From positions 40,306 through 104,305 of the IMG/VR virus record IMGVR_UViG_3300028610_002211: a stretch of 64,000 nt of DNA, one strand, 5' to 3'. Position numbers and translations under genes: made by a program. Positions 1-11,435 of the stretch are shown here, one piece after another. Origin of the DNA: a virus. The notes beneath the pieces were generated by a model. The model had not been told where the DNA came from. It was given only the letters and a program-made list of their open reading frames with translations, and did no database searches. The stretch's first letter is position 1. Each line of letters starts with the position of its first letter.

Positions 1-2
1 GC

Positions 3-491
3 GCAACCAAAGGCGCCGAAATCAGATCGAGGATTATCAGCGATGAAGACACCATAAAACCACTAAAATTAAAAGAAGAAAGCTACATCACACTGAGGGA
101 AGGCGCAAGGGCGTTCTATCAATTGATTGAGGATACCGTGCCAAGCTCCCCAGAACGGACTGAGGCGCTTAAAAAGGTTGAAGAGGCGTTGATGTGGGCA
201 AATACGGCTTTGTCGCGTTATATGGCCTTACAGTCGAGCCCGGGACGGTCTATGAAAAGAAATGAAGAGCTGTTTTTAGACTATAGAGGGGAAACCGGGC
301 TCGATTGGCGCAATTTCACATTGAATCCCCTGGCCAAAACGCAACCAAAACAAGTTTGTCTAGGTTGTAAAAAACACCCTTGCGAATGTAAATTTTCAAA
401 TCGCATATGGGATGAAAAACATTGCACGTGTGGATCGTTGCGTATCGGGATTAATGCTGAATGTCCAAACGAAGATTGTGATCAAAGATGA
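3..491 (+). CDS. Acb2/Tad1-like helical-hairpin protein with a Cys-rich C-terminal extension (5'-truncated by the window edge)
   Basis: The frame is open from base 3. P-SSPERTEALKKVEEALMWANTALSR is paralogous to 2494..2742. The tail is Cys-rich (CLGC..HPCEC, HCTCG..CPNEDC). Confidence 0.5.
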   Translation, partial: ATKGAEIRSRIISDEDTIKPLKLKEESYITLREGARAFYQLIEDTVPSSPERTEALKKVEEALMWANTALSRYMALQSSPGRSMKRNEELFLDYRGETGLDWRNFTLNPLAKTQPKQVCLGCKKHPCECKFSNRIWDEKHCTCGSLRIGINAECPNEDCDQR

Positions 492-617
492 AGCCGAGCA
501 CGATACCAACCATTTTGAAGGCGTTGGCGGACAAGAAACAAGGTCCAATAGTTGCTGGTTACTTGATCGTGCTGATTATTGTTGTTTTTATCGAACTTAG
601 ACGAAAAAAGGCGAAAA

Positions 618-2473
618 ATGGACAAAACACAAAAAAGTAATCCATCAGTAACAGAGATTGTGAAAGATTGGTTGAAAGAACACGGCTTTGACGGGCTTTA
701 TAATGTTGATTCACAATGCGGTTGCGCGGTTGACGATTTTGCGCTTTGTGGTCAAATTTATTTAGACTGTCAAGCCGGTTATAAAGCTAAAATGGGTAGC
801 GATTCTGAAGACGATTATGGTATTGGTCCAGAAAAAGACCTGTGGTATTGGTCCACAAGAGCTCAAAAGGTAAAAACAAAAAAGAAATAAGGGGTTGATT
901 TATGCATTTAGAAACAAAGGAAGTGTCAGACAAAGTGATTGAGGGGTTCGAGCCGGTACCAGAGCGCCTTTCTGACGCTGCAAAACAGGTTTTGGATGGT
1001 TTCACCCGGGTAACCGCTACACGAGCAACACAAGGCGGTAGAGACCTTATAACTTGGGCCAAACACGAGCTAAAAACGAAAAAACACAAAAAGGCCAAGC
1101 GCAAGCAAAAAAAGCAATCGAAACGAAAAAACAGGTCGAAAAAATGAAAAAAATTGATCTGATAAGAGCAAAAAGGCCGATAGGATCGATAAAACAACAT
1201 GAAATGTTGGCAGGCGGTTTGCAGTCCTTGGCAGATTTGATAATAATGCTCGCCAAAGGTCAAAGAACGGTTTGGATTTTAACGATAGTTAACTTTTTGT
1301 TGTTTATTTTACATTTTTACCACTTTCACTAAACGTTTTGAACAAAAAGAGCTCAAAAATGACAAAAGAACCGAAAAAAGACCAATTTGAAGAAACGTTG
1401 TGTAAGGAGATAGTGAAAAAATTCGGTGAAGACTGGGCGGCAATAGAAGATCGATATTATGAACGGTTGCAAAGACAATTAATAGCATACGAAGATGAAA
1501 AAAAAGACAAATTGAAGATCGCGAGCCTTGAAAAGCGCGTTTTAGAGCTCGAATTAGCAATTGATCGACTTGCTAGAGCGACCGATGGAAATAATTGGGC
1601 GGGGGTGCCTCGCTATCGGGACCAAAAACACGAAAATGAAAAAAAAGACAAAAAACAAGAAAATAAAAGTTAAAAAAAGCTTGGTTATCAAGTTTGAAGT
1701 GTCAGAAACAGAAGACGGCGGTGTAAATGGAACTATCAAGCTAGTTTATATTGATTACGACACTCAAAAGGATGAAAAACAATGCCTTCTTTCAAAATAA
1801 CTCAAAAAACTGATAACGAATGGAACCTTCACGTAACGTTTATTATCGGTACCACGCAAATTTATGCGAGATATGTTGATAAAACTAAAACAGAAGTTGT
1901 TGCCAAAGCGCTAAATGGACTTAGGAACATGTGTGATAAAATAAGCGAGGTCCGAAGCCAGTTGTTATCAGAATATGACAAAGAATGACCAAAAACCCCT
2001 AGAAAGGAAAAAACAAAATGAAGGACTTGAGCGAAACAGATTTGAAAGAAAAACTGTTGGTTGGAACAAAGGCATATGTGTTGATAGAAAGTATAGACCC
2101 GTACGACATAGAAGCGGGCAAACTTGTCCAGTTGGACAAACTGACGGTTATGGGAGTGATTGTTTGCGACCGTTTAGAAGAGGAAACAAGGAGTCTTGTG
2201 ACGGATCGGGTGTTTACCACTTACAAAATAGCTCCAACTAGCTTAGAAGAAGCAAACAAACTTCCCAAACCAAACCCAAACGAAAAGGATTGGGACAAGC
2301 CGCTTGAATATGACGGTCCGATCGCTTGCACCGAACGGCAACTGTTAGAGATAATCGAAGATGAGTTTGTTGCGTTTGAAGCGTTTTATGCCGGTCTGGT
2401 TAACATGACCAGGGCTTATATAGCGCACAAAAAACACGCTTTAACTGAACAAGAGCTTTTTAACACTCTTTAA
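618..2473 (+). CDS. Run of small hypothetical genes (618-890, 902-1147, 1144-1332 with a C-terminal hydrophobic helix, 1359-1673, 1636-1800, 1782-1988, 2018-2473)
   Basis: Abutting or overlapping + strand ORFs, several with SD-like sequences; no recognisable family. Confidence 0.6.
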
Positions 2474-2493
2474 CGCAAGAAAAGGAGAAAAAA

Positions 2494-2742
2494 ATGGGAT
2501 TTAACATTGAAAACAACTTTACTTACCACCCCCCAGGAAAATGGGACATTGAAGTTTATCAAAAGATCCGAGACAAGGCAAAAGAGTTTGCAGAGCTCAT
2601 TGAAAAGCTTTGTCCAGACTCGCGAGAACTATCAATAGCCTTTGGGAAGGTCGAAGAAGCGGTAATGTGGGCCAATGCGGCCCGAGCTCGTTACAAAGTA
2701 TCCCCGACCGGTCCGGAGCCTCACAAGGGAAAAAAACAATGA
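2494..2742 (+). CDS. Acb2/Tad1-like protein (candidate cyclic-nucleotide sponge, anti-defence)
   Basis: NNFTYHPP...IRDKAKEFAELIEKLCPDSRELSIAFGKVEEAVMWANAARAR pattern; strong AAGGAG SD. Confidence 0.55.
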   Translation: MGFNIENNFTYHPPGKWDIEVYQKIRDKAKEFAELIEKLCPDSRELSIAFGKVEEAVMWANAARARYKVSPTGPEPHKGKKQ

Positions 2743-3798
2743 AAAGACAGGTAAGAATATCCAAGAAAGAGGTAGAAGCGCTTCAAAATGACGGTTTAGA
2801 CAAACCACAAATGGAAGCGATAAGACTGGCCCGAGCTCGGGCGGGTTTGTGTCTGTACGATGCTGCAAGATTGATAAACGGTTATCGACGAAACGGCCAA
2901 ATGTCGATCATGGTATCATGGATGCGTAATGATGCGTGACACTCTTTAACACATGTATAACGATCGAGTTATACTCAGAAAGGAATTGTAAAATGGGTGA
3001 ACGTTCAACGATAGTTTTAAACGATAAATGGTGTTGGGTCAATATAGAAATGAAGGATATAAAAAAGGGCGATATATTCCGATCACTAGAAGCGAACAAA
3101 ACACCAGTTTGGGGCGACGGTGCCTTTAAGAGCATTAGAACGTTTATCGCTCTTAAAGACGCAGAAATAAAAAAGGGTGTTGCCGGTGTCGTATCGGACG
3201 GGGTTCCGTGTGTGAATGAATACACACGAACATACATCGATATGGAAAACAACGAACACGCGTATAACGGCCGAACTATCCTTTAACACGTTTTAACGCA
3301 AAAAGGAGAAAAAACGATGAAAAAAGTCAATATTTTGTTAACTTTTGAAGTTGATGACGATTGTGATACAACTGCATTAACAGATTGTATACGTTGCATG
3401 ACTGATGACTTCGATTACGAATTTATCAAAGAAGATACCGGTTCGAGTGCGACTTTATCCGGAATAAAAGAAGTTCAAAGTCTTCTTTAACGTGTTTTAA
3501 CAACCACAGAAACAAAAAAAGGAGAAAAACGATGAACGAAAGTAAAATGAAGCTTTTTTTAGTATCGGACAAACCGAAAGAACAGTTCAATAGTTCAAGA
3601 GACGATCACATAATCATTTTGGCAAAAACAGAAGAAAACGCACTAAAGCTCGCAAAAGAAGAAAATCCGGCTTTGTGTTTGAGAGGTAGTATTGCTGTAT
3701 TGGAAGATGAGAAACACGAAAGGATATTAGTATCCGTTAAATACAACAAGCATTATAATCCGCTGATTGGCGCGACAGCACTCCTTAAACACGCTTAA
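2739..3798 (+). CDS. Small hypothetical genes 2739-2939, 2993-3286, 3317-3490 (57 aa, absent from the ORF track) and 3532-3798
   Basis: AAGGAG SD before 3317 and 3532; contiguous ORFs. Confidence 0.6.
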
Positions 3799-4709
3799 CA
3801 CGCGGTCGGTTATTCGAACACACACGAACACGCAGCAAAACACCCCCAGAACACCAACACATCCCCTAAAACGCTCGATTACACGCTAAGGTATACCCTA
3901 GCCTACCTAACGCTCCAACACGCTTACAGACACTTACAGACATGTTTAACGATATAACGACTTGTCTTTAATTTATGAGGGTGATTATTCTAGTCTTTTG
4001 AGTACAGGCATGTTGAAATTCCCCCTATATAGACAGCGCCTTAAAGGAATACTTTAACACGCTAATTCATATATCAGAAAATCTTTAAAACACTCAAAAA
4101 ACCCAAAAACCTCCAAATAGACTGAAAAAAAGGATCTGTTTCTCGTTCGAGTACTTAATTCAGATGTCGCCACAATCCCCCAAAAATCCCCCAAACAAAA
4201 AACCACACCAAGAGCACCATAGGGGTCACAAGAGCCATAACGATAACAACAGAGATAGTAACAGCCACATATACCTCTAATCGTCCCCAGAACACCCCTA
4301 GAATTCGGTATATGCCGATATACACGCATACACGTAGGCACGTGTAGAAGCGTAACAGAAAGCAGATGAGAGGACATACACGTGATATAGCGTTTAACGT
4401 AATTTAGATGTTTAAGAGGGAATGAGTTAGAGCGTGTTAGAGGGGATTAGTTAAACGGATTAAGGGAGTTAGAGTTGAAGAATAGATATAGCGACCGATA
4501 TAACGACCGATATAACGACCCGTGATAGTTTCGAAAGGCGGCGCGCTCCCGACCTGGGAAAACTCAAAATCAGCAGCACACCTAAACAAGAAACGTACCA
4601 ATCCGAGGGGAGTTAAAGCCACGACCCCAGAAACCTTTAAACGGTTTAAACGCGTTTGTCCTCATACGCACATACACACATATAATACAAATCATTTGTC
4701 GCTTTTATC

Positions 4710-4744
4710 TTGACATATGAGTTAGAGGTGGTTATATTAGTAGT
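4710..4744 (+). promoter_or_regulatory. sigma70-type promoter, predicted +1 on the ATG at 4745
   Basis: TTGACA-17 nt-TATATT, then 6 nt, then ATG. Confidence 0.7.
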
Positions 4745-4987
4745 ATGGCAAGAACAACAGCAATCGAATCGAAAGGAGTAACGGGAATGAAAAGGGCCGT
4801 CTGCTGTAAGTGTCGGGTCATGCGCAACACTGACGAGATGGATCGGACTGTGGGGTGTTTGGGTCAAATCGTTTGGTTGTGTCAACGGTGCAGCAATGCA
4901 CAGCACAAAGAGCAAATTCGCGAAATCTTAATTGATGCTGAATCACAAGGTGTCGATATAGATAAGTGGAGACACCTGCTCGACTAA
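4745..4987 (+). CDS. Small Zn-finger-like protein (second, SD-led start at 4787)
   Basis: CCKC...CQRC; AAGGAG upstream of the in-frame ATG at 4787; GC-rich hairpin follows at about 4995-5026. Confidence 0.65.
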   Translation: MARTTAIESKGVTGMKRAVCCKCRVMRNTDEMDRTVGCLGQIVWLCQRCSNAQHKEQIREILIDAESQGVDIDKWRHLLD

Positions 4988-5614
4988 TCCCCAACGGGGC
5001 GCGGGTTAAACCGCGCCCTACTTCTTTAGTTCGAGTTAAAGCCGTCTTAAACCCGTTCTAACGCTCTAACTCTTTAACTCAACCCGTGGGTATTAACTAG
5101 GGTTAGAAAGGAGCACAGAAGGGCGTATAACGGCATCACAATCGATCCTACCCCCACTGGCAATCCGATGTGGGCCGGGGGGCGGTCTGGACCCATGTCT
5201 TACTGCCGCGCCCAACGCTCAACTTTTTCACCAAAAGCCGTTTTTAACCCATATAATCGAGTTAGAGACCTAACTATTTCACAAAAAATTTTTAACTCGC
5301 AAAGCCAAACTTTCCCAACATCTGAGTTAGACACTACCTAACGACTTAACGACTTAACGACCTAGCGACCCAACCGCCACCCCCCTTTTAACCAATGCCC
5401 ACCTACAAAACCACAGAATAACCCACAAGCCGCTTTAACACCCTAAGACAACCAACCCTATACCCAGATGTTAGAAAGGCACACACAAAGCCCTAATGCG
5501 ACTCCAGGCCTTCGGCCTACCTACGCGCTCGGGCGCGCGCGTGGGAAACGAAGAAAGGGAAACAAAAAAGCTTCCGGAGGTGCCGGGAGGGGGCGAAGAA
5601 AAGTGAGAAAAATG

Positions 5615-5643
5615 TTGACATATGAATTCGGTGTGTCCATACT
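5615..5643 (+). promoter_or_regulatory. sigma70-type promoter for the early operon
   Basis: TTGACA-17 nt-CATACT upstream of the 5.7-10.7 kb gene run. Confidence 0.6.
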
Positions 5644-5760
5644 TGAGAAAGCGAGGGGGGTTGAAAGGAATGAGCCTATGGACGTTTAAGGAACTGGCTT
5701 GGTATAATGGGCGTTTAGATGGTTTGGTGTGGATACTTAAGAAGATGGTGGAGTGAAATA

Positions 5761-6138
5761 ATGGTTGAAGTAATTTCAAAAGGAAAACTCAAAGTCGTTT
5801 GTAAGGTTTGCAGTTCTTTGTTGTGTGCCGAATTTGGGGAAGCGCAAGTTCTCGATTCATACCCTACAACTTGGCGCATAAAGTGTCCGGTGTGTTTTAA
5901 TTGGGTCGTGTTGTCGGCCGTAGAATATGTAAAAGCGGTTATTGAACGATCCGAAGAGGCGAAGAAGGAACCCATACTTTTGTGTAACGCCAAAATGAGT
6001 CGTTGTAACCCAGAGTTTACAAAAAACGAAAAGTTATATATCGATGGTGAGAAGTTCATAGACGAAGACGATGAACTCGCAATCGAAAAACTTATAGAAG
6101 AAGACGAGAAAAAGGAGCAAGCCAATGAACAACGTTAA
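5761..6138 (+). CDS. Zn-ribbon protein
   Basis: CKVC...CPVC; GGAG SD. Confidence 0.6.
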   Translation: MVEVISKGKLKVVCKVCSSLLCAEFGEAQVLDSYPTTWRIKCPVCFNWVVLSAVEYVKAVIERSEEAKKEPILLCNAKMSRCNPEFTKNEKLYIDGEKFIDEDDELAIEKLIEEDEKKEQANEQR

Positions 6139-6349
6139 AGAGATGATCGAGAAAATCAAAGCTGAAATCAAACGTAGTGAGAAGGAGAAAGCGGCGTTAC
6201 CCACTTGGAACAAGACTGAGTTATCACGGCGCGTTAATGCTCGTTTGGTTGGTAAGTTGAACGGATTGCGTTTTGCGTTGGACTTGTTGGAAGGGAAGAA
6301 AGAGGTTGACCCGAAAACGTTTACAGTTCCGAAAAATAGAGGTGACTGA
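6125..6349 (+). CDS. Small helical protein, 'GKLNGLRFAL' paralog family
   Basis: One copy of the module; AAGGAG SD. Confidence 0.7.
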   Translation: MNNVKEMIEKIKAEIKRSEKEKAALPTWNKTELSRRVNARLVGKLNGLRFALDLLEGKKEVDPKTFTVPKNRGD

Positions 6350-6684
6350 TGAACGAGGAAATCAAAGCTGAGATCAAACGTGTTGAGGAAAGGCAGGATA
6401 CGCATTCTATTCTTTCTGCTTGGAATAGATCCGAGTCATCATGGCGTATATCATGGCGTATTACTGCGGCGCATTTAATTGGTGAGTTGAACGGGTTGCG
6501 TTTTGCGTTGGGTTTGCTACAAGGAAAAATCGAGGAAATCGAGACCGAGATCAAACGTGTTGAGAAAAAACAAAGTGACAATTTTGCCTTTTCATCATGG
6601 CGCATCGTTGCTCGTTTAAAGGGTAAGTTGAACGGGTTACGTTTTACGTTAGATTTGTTGAAAGGAAAAGGGGATGAACGATAA
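6349..6684 (+). CDS. Small helical protein with two tandem 'GKLNGLRFAL' modules
   Basis: The internal duplication is visible in both protein and DNA. Confidence 0.7.
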   Translation: MNEEIKAEIKRVEERQDTHSILSAWNRSESSWRISWRITAAHLIGELNGLRFALGLLQGKIEEIETEIKRVEKKQSDNFAFSSWRIVARLKGKLNGLRFTLDLLKGKGDER

Positions 6685-8964
6685 GCAATGTGAAGAATTC
6701 AGAAGGTTAGCAGAAGAAAGCTCGATGTCAATTGGTGGAATGGATGGTGTGAATGACTGCGAAAATATGCTTTTAAAGTTCATGACTCCGGAGTTTATTA
6801 TTGGATACTCGAAGTGGAAAGAAAAGCGTGATAGGTTGGTGAAAGTCGCAAGAGAAAAGCTGTTGACAGAAGGGAAAGAACGAAGGCAAACGCGCGATCC
6901 ACCAAAATTTAATCGTCCGAAGATAAGACCACAAAAAGAAGGAAGGAAAGAGTGACTGATGGTTGAATATAAAAAGGTAGAGTGTTTATGTGGGGAAATG
7001 ATACACACTAGCGTTTGGGGGACGTGGGTTGATGACCAGTGGTTTTGTGGAGAATGTCTAGTTAAAGCAGTTAGTAAAAACAAAAAAACAATCACCAAAA
7101 TCGAAGAAGAGATAATTGGTATTGAGGAAAGTTTGTTAATCACTCAAAACAACGGAACAAGAAACTTAAGAGAACACGAAAACAAAATCAAGTTGGTTGG
7201 GTTTGGGAAAGGTGAATTAAGAGGGTTGCGTTTTGCTTTAGGGTTGTTGAAAAGTGAAAAATAGTTGACCTGAAAACGAAAGGTGGAAGGGATGAACATT
7301 GAACAAGGACTTCAACGTTTAAAAGAATTGTACGGGAATCCGGGAACTTTGTTCTTGGGTGATGCTACAGGTTCACGAGCTCGACTCACTCCGGGTCAAC
7401 AAGTGGCAATCCTCATTGATGGTCCTTACCTAATAGGTACGGTTCAACGTCATCGTACACAGCGCGGGAAAATGATGATTAAGTACCACGATGGACGAAG
7501 AAATTGGATAATCTCACCTGACAAAAACCAGGTGTTGATCGAATGGTATGATCAAATGGTAAAAAGAAAGGTGTAAAAACTAATTGACCCGAAAACGAAA
7601 AAAGGGTTGTAAGCACGATCACAGCGTTAAGGTGAACGGCGTTTGCTGGGCGTGCTTAAAAAAGGGGTTAATGGTTTGCTTGTGTTTGGGGTGTGGGCAC
7701 AAGTGGAAAGAAAAACCAGGCCCAACCGAGTGCCCAGAATGCGCCGGATTCTATGTCAAAAAGGGGTGGTAAGAATGAGATGGGAAAATATATCTTTGTT
7801 GGATGAACCAATTGAATCTAAATTAGTTTTGTCTAAAGCCGAAACAAAAGTTTTGAAAAGAGCATATGATCTTTTAAGTAAAATTAAAAACAAATTAGAA
7901 GAAACTTACGGTGAAGATAAGGCCGAAAAAATACCATCTTGCGAACCTTGGATTTATGCAGAATCTTGGTTTAGATGTGCAATTGACGATTTGAGAGTTG
8001 ATGGAATTAAATTTCCGTTAAAGGATAATAAAAACCTCGTTTTCATTCCAAAACGAGTGAGACTTGGGTTTGAAATGAGAGAATTACCATTTAACCAAAA
8101 GCAGTTTATTGAAGTGACCGGATACATTGAAGGTGGTGACACATTAGACGCTTGCGTGTTTTGCGATTATTCGCGTGATAAGGAGTTTATCGAAAAAGGT
8201 TGCTCAATTGTCAAACTCGTTTGCGCGTTTTATCATCATCAGAGTTTTGAGGTTTCGTCAATCGGTTGTTGTCGAAAGTTCAGAGGATAAAAATGAGCAA
8301 GTATTACGTTTATTTGATAGCAAAAAAGCCGGGTTTTTTTCGTCGTTTGTTCAAGTTGCGCGGTAAAACATCAACCGTAATGAGTGACAATCCGGTTAAA
8401 CCAAAATTACCGAAAGGATATATCTTCTTTTCACTTATCGGTGAAGTGAGGGATAATGAGTAAAATTGACGAAAGCGTAAAAGACTCTACGTCAAAAAAG
8501 GATGGTAAGAAATGACACGTTTAGTGGAAACGTTGCTCGATATGTTAAGAACTGTCGAAAGAGTTTGGCCCGAGCTTGGCAAAACGGCCGAATGGTTTCA
8601 AGGGTATAAAGACGGGATCGAAGTGTCGATCCAAACGATCAAAACTAAATATAGAGAACGGGCGATGAGTCTGCAAAACGCCACTGATTTGCAGCGCGAA
8701 CAGTTAGTTGCAGCTCCACAAAAATACGATGTACTAGGCAACCTCAAAGACAAAGAGAAGCGGATAGCACGCGGGTTTGTTGATATTGGCGATTTGAGAA
8801 TCGGCGACGTTGTCCAGTTTTATCAATACGGATCGCTATTTGTTGACGAAATCGGTTGTTTTACCTGGTTGGTTATTCACTTGCCGGTTAGGGGAGCTGT
8901 TCAACTATCCCGATTGCACTTTGACGCTTTAAAGAACCGCACTACAGACGAAAGACGGGGATAA
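6674..8964 (+). CDS. Hypothetical genes 6674-6955, 6959-7264 (Zn finger plus GELRGLRFAL module), 7283-7576, 7584-7772 (Zn ribbon), 7775-8290, 8293-8463, 8512-8964
   Basis: Tightly packed + strand ORFs with overlapping stop/start codons. Confidence 0.6.
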
Positions 8965-9425
8965 TGAAATCCATACAACCATTATGGTGTTTACAATTAC
9001 CTCTTCAACAACAATCCGTTTTGTTTTTGGCTTCTAGGGGGCCGGATGGAATTGACAAGGCTCACCCCTGTAAAGATGTTCAGCGCGCGTATAGAGCTAC
9101 GGTATTGATTGGAGCCAAACAGGGTAGGTTGTTACATTGGGGTGAATGTGGTGATGGTTTTATAAGTTTAGATCTTTTTAGCGACGATAAAAAATGGTCT
9201 CAAGTTTGCAATCGGTTTTTTCCATTTGTCGACAGTCTTCCCCATCATTATTATATGCATCTTTTATATGGAGTTGAAATACTTGGATATAAACACCCTG
9301 ACATACGATTCAAAAATCGGTGGAATGACTTTTACAAACGAGGAATAGAGGAATTACACTTAATGCCGGAGTCCGAACTTCAAATGGAATTGCGCCTTAA
9401 TGATTGGGATCAAAAATGGTGGTAA
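8964..9425 (+). CDS. Conserved phage protein of unknown function
   Basis: LPLQQQSVL..ASRGPDG, LPHHYYMHL..GVEILGYKHP and LHL.PES motifs resemble a recurrent phage family (recalled, not searched). Confidence 0.6.
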   Translation: MKSIQPLWCLQLPLQQQSVLFLASRGPDGIDKAHPCKDVQRAYRATVLIGAKQGRLLHWGECGDGFISLDLFSDDKKWSQVCNRFFPFVDSLPHHYYMHLLYGVEILGYKHPDIRFKNRWNDFYKRGIEELHLMPESELQMELRLNDWDQKWW

Positions 9426-9443
9426 TTTTAAAAAGGAGACAGA

Positions 9444-10394
9444 ATGAAAAGTGAAAAAAGAAGACGACTTTATAAAGGCGATTCTGTAACAATGATGTTA
9501 GGAGAAATGGGTTATACCGAAAGATGTTGTTCAAATTGCCTTTGTTTTGAAATCGAAGAAGACGAAGAAGAAGAAGAAAGCGATTTGGGTTGGTGTAAAG
9601 CCAATCGGATTTGGCTTCAGATAGATAGCAAAGGGCGCGGTTGTTGCGAAATACACACTAAAAAAAACCCTAATCCAAGCGAAACAAGATCCCAAAAAGG
9701 TGAAAAAATGAAGTGTCCAGATTTGAGCCCGCCCGGCATGAGGGTAAGTTGAACGGGTTATGTGAATACTGCGAAAAGCCGATCGGCGCTAATCGCGTAT
9801 CGCGTGATGGTTTTGATTTTTGTTCGGCGAAATGTTCGGAACAATCCCGCGATTCTGATACTTGCGAACATTGCGGGAAATCAATCGACGGTGAACCGGT
9901 TATTTTTCGTTCCCCTGTCCACGCTCCTTTGTTTTTTTGTTCTGTTACTTGTCAACAAAAATTTGCCGAAGAAAAACGATGAAAGTCAAAATCCACATAA
10001 CGCGTGGAAGGTTTATTGAACTAAGCGACGATCTTTCATGGGAGATCTTCATTATGCGCGCCGCTCAAGTTGTGAAAACGAAAAGACACGAACAAGGATT
10101 ACAACATACTGTAACCCTTGATTGGATAGCTAACATGTTTGGGTTTGACAATTGGGCGTTGTTAACGAAAAATAGAAAGACGAAATAATGAGTCAATACC
10201 AAAAAAAATTGTTCACCGTTGTTGTCGAACAAAGGCAAAGGCTTGAAATCGAAGTAGAGGCGTTTGATGCGCGCGGTGCGCGCGGGCAAATCCAAGACAA
10301 GGGTGTAGTCGAATATGAGAAACATCGGCCAGACTGGCGCCTTGTGGGGGCGCCTGAGTTGATTGTGGTAAACACCTATGAGACGAAAAAATGA
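9444..10394 (+). CDS. Small genes 9444-9752 (Cys-rich), 9713-9982 (two TRASH-like CxxC..FCSxxC repeats), 9979-10188, 10188-10394
   Basis: CEYC...FCSAKC and CEHC...FCSVTC repeats; coupled starts and stops. Confidence 0.6.
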
Positions 10395-10663
10395 TTTATC
10401 AAAATCGAGACTTAATCATGAGTGCCTTGTATGGCGCAGCGCTTTTTGTAGGTGGCAAGCCCAATCCTGCTACCCTTGCCCGGGTTATGGTCGTTCAACG
10501 GTCGCAAGTTGGACGCTGGATTGGGGGCGAAGCGGTTCCTAATCAACGTAATCTCGATCAACTTAATTTACTTTGTAAGTTTTGGAAAAATCACTTGTTA
10601 GAAGTCAAGAAATTAAGAGACGATCTTGATGTGGTTTTGCTACTAGACCGTTTGAAGCGGTAA
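10391..10663 (+). CDS. XRE/Cro-like helix-turn-helix protein
   Basis: NPATLARVMVVQRSQVGRWIGGEAVPNQRNL fits the HTH_3 pattern. Confidence 0.65.
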   Translation: MIYQNRDLIMSALYGAALFVGGKPNPATLARVMVVQRSQVGRWIGGEAVPNQRNLDQLNLLCKFWKNHLLEVKKLRDDLDVVLLLDRLKR

Positions 10664-10686
10664 CGAATCCCCTAAATAATTTTTTT

Positions 10687-10781
10687 AAAATAAAAGTGAG
10701 AATTTTCTTGACATCTGAATTAAGAGGTGTTAAGCTTATAATATGAACAGCGCAACACAAAACACGGGAGCAAGCAAAATG
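10687..10781 (+). promoter_or_regulatory. Promoter/leader cassette, copy 1
   Basis: A-tract, TTGACA(10708)-tctgaatta-TGt-TAAGCT, TATAAT, ATG(10743), AGCGCAACAC, GGAG, ATG(10779). Confidence 0.85.
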
Positions 10782-11333
10782 AACACGGTAACACACAGCG
10801 AAATCAAAAATGAAATTTGTGCCCAAACCCCCCGTTTTGTAGTGGCCAAAGTTGCCGGGCGCTTTGTTCAATTCACGATCCGCAGTAACGGCCAATGGAT
10901 CGAAAAAGGCAAAAAAATCGGGCTCGGGCTCGAATTGGTTTGGAGCTAAAACGATGAAAAACGAAAGCGTAAAAGTCACCAAAGACGTTGAAATCATACC
11001 TTGCGCGGGCAAGTGGTATGCTCACGTTATAGGTTCGCGCAAACACAACATTGGTCATCTTTGGAGTCGTCCGGTTGCACGCAAGCGCGCGATCGAAATT
11101 CAAAGTGAGATCGACGAAGGACTTATCAAAATCGTTCAACAAGGTGTAAAATGAAAACTGAAACCGATAAAGAAATCAACAAGAAGAAGGTTGCAAGGTT
11201 GCGCGAAGAAATGGCCGAACTATACAAGAAGTACACGAAGATGCAAAACGGTCCTGAACGCGAAAAACTTTGGCGCAAAGAGCGGGCATTGTTAGAGGAA
11301 ATACACGGATTAGAACAACATTTGTCTTTTTAG
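10743..11333 (+). CDS. Small early genes 10743/10779-10949, 10954-11154, 11151-11333
   Basis: Directly downstream of cassette 1; coupled ORFs. Confidence 0.65.
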
Positions 11334-11343
11334 GGTGATCTTC

Positions 11344-11435
11344 AAAAATAAATGTCACTTTTTTCTTGACTTCTGAATTAAGCGTGTTAAACTTATAATA
11401 TGAGCGCAACACAAAACACAGGGGACAAGGCAATG
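11344..11435 (+). promoter_or_regulatory. Promoter/leader cassette, copy 2
   Basis: TTGACT(11366)-16 nt-TAAACT, TATAAT, ATG(11400), AGCGCAACAC, ATG(11433). Confidence 0.85.

Larger units (their letters stand above)
3800..5660. other. Largely non-coding repeat-rich region; candidate replication origin, packaging site or genome end
   Basis: Only one convincing short ORF. Short tandem repeats (cgaccgatataa at 4492-4520; acgactta at 5341-5360), phased TTAAC/GTTAG motifs, C-rich + strand on the left and G/T-rich on the right. Confidence 0.45.

Noticed and set aside
3800-5660. tRNA or tmRNA genes in the non-coding blocks (also 21490-22110)
   Set aside because: No cloverleaf with a T-loop GTTCRA and matching acceptor stem was found by eye; tRNAscan/ARAGORN could not be run.
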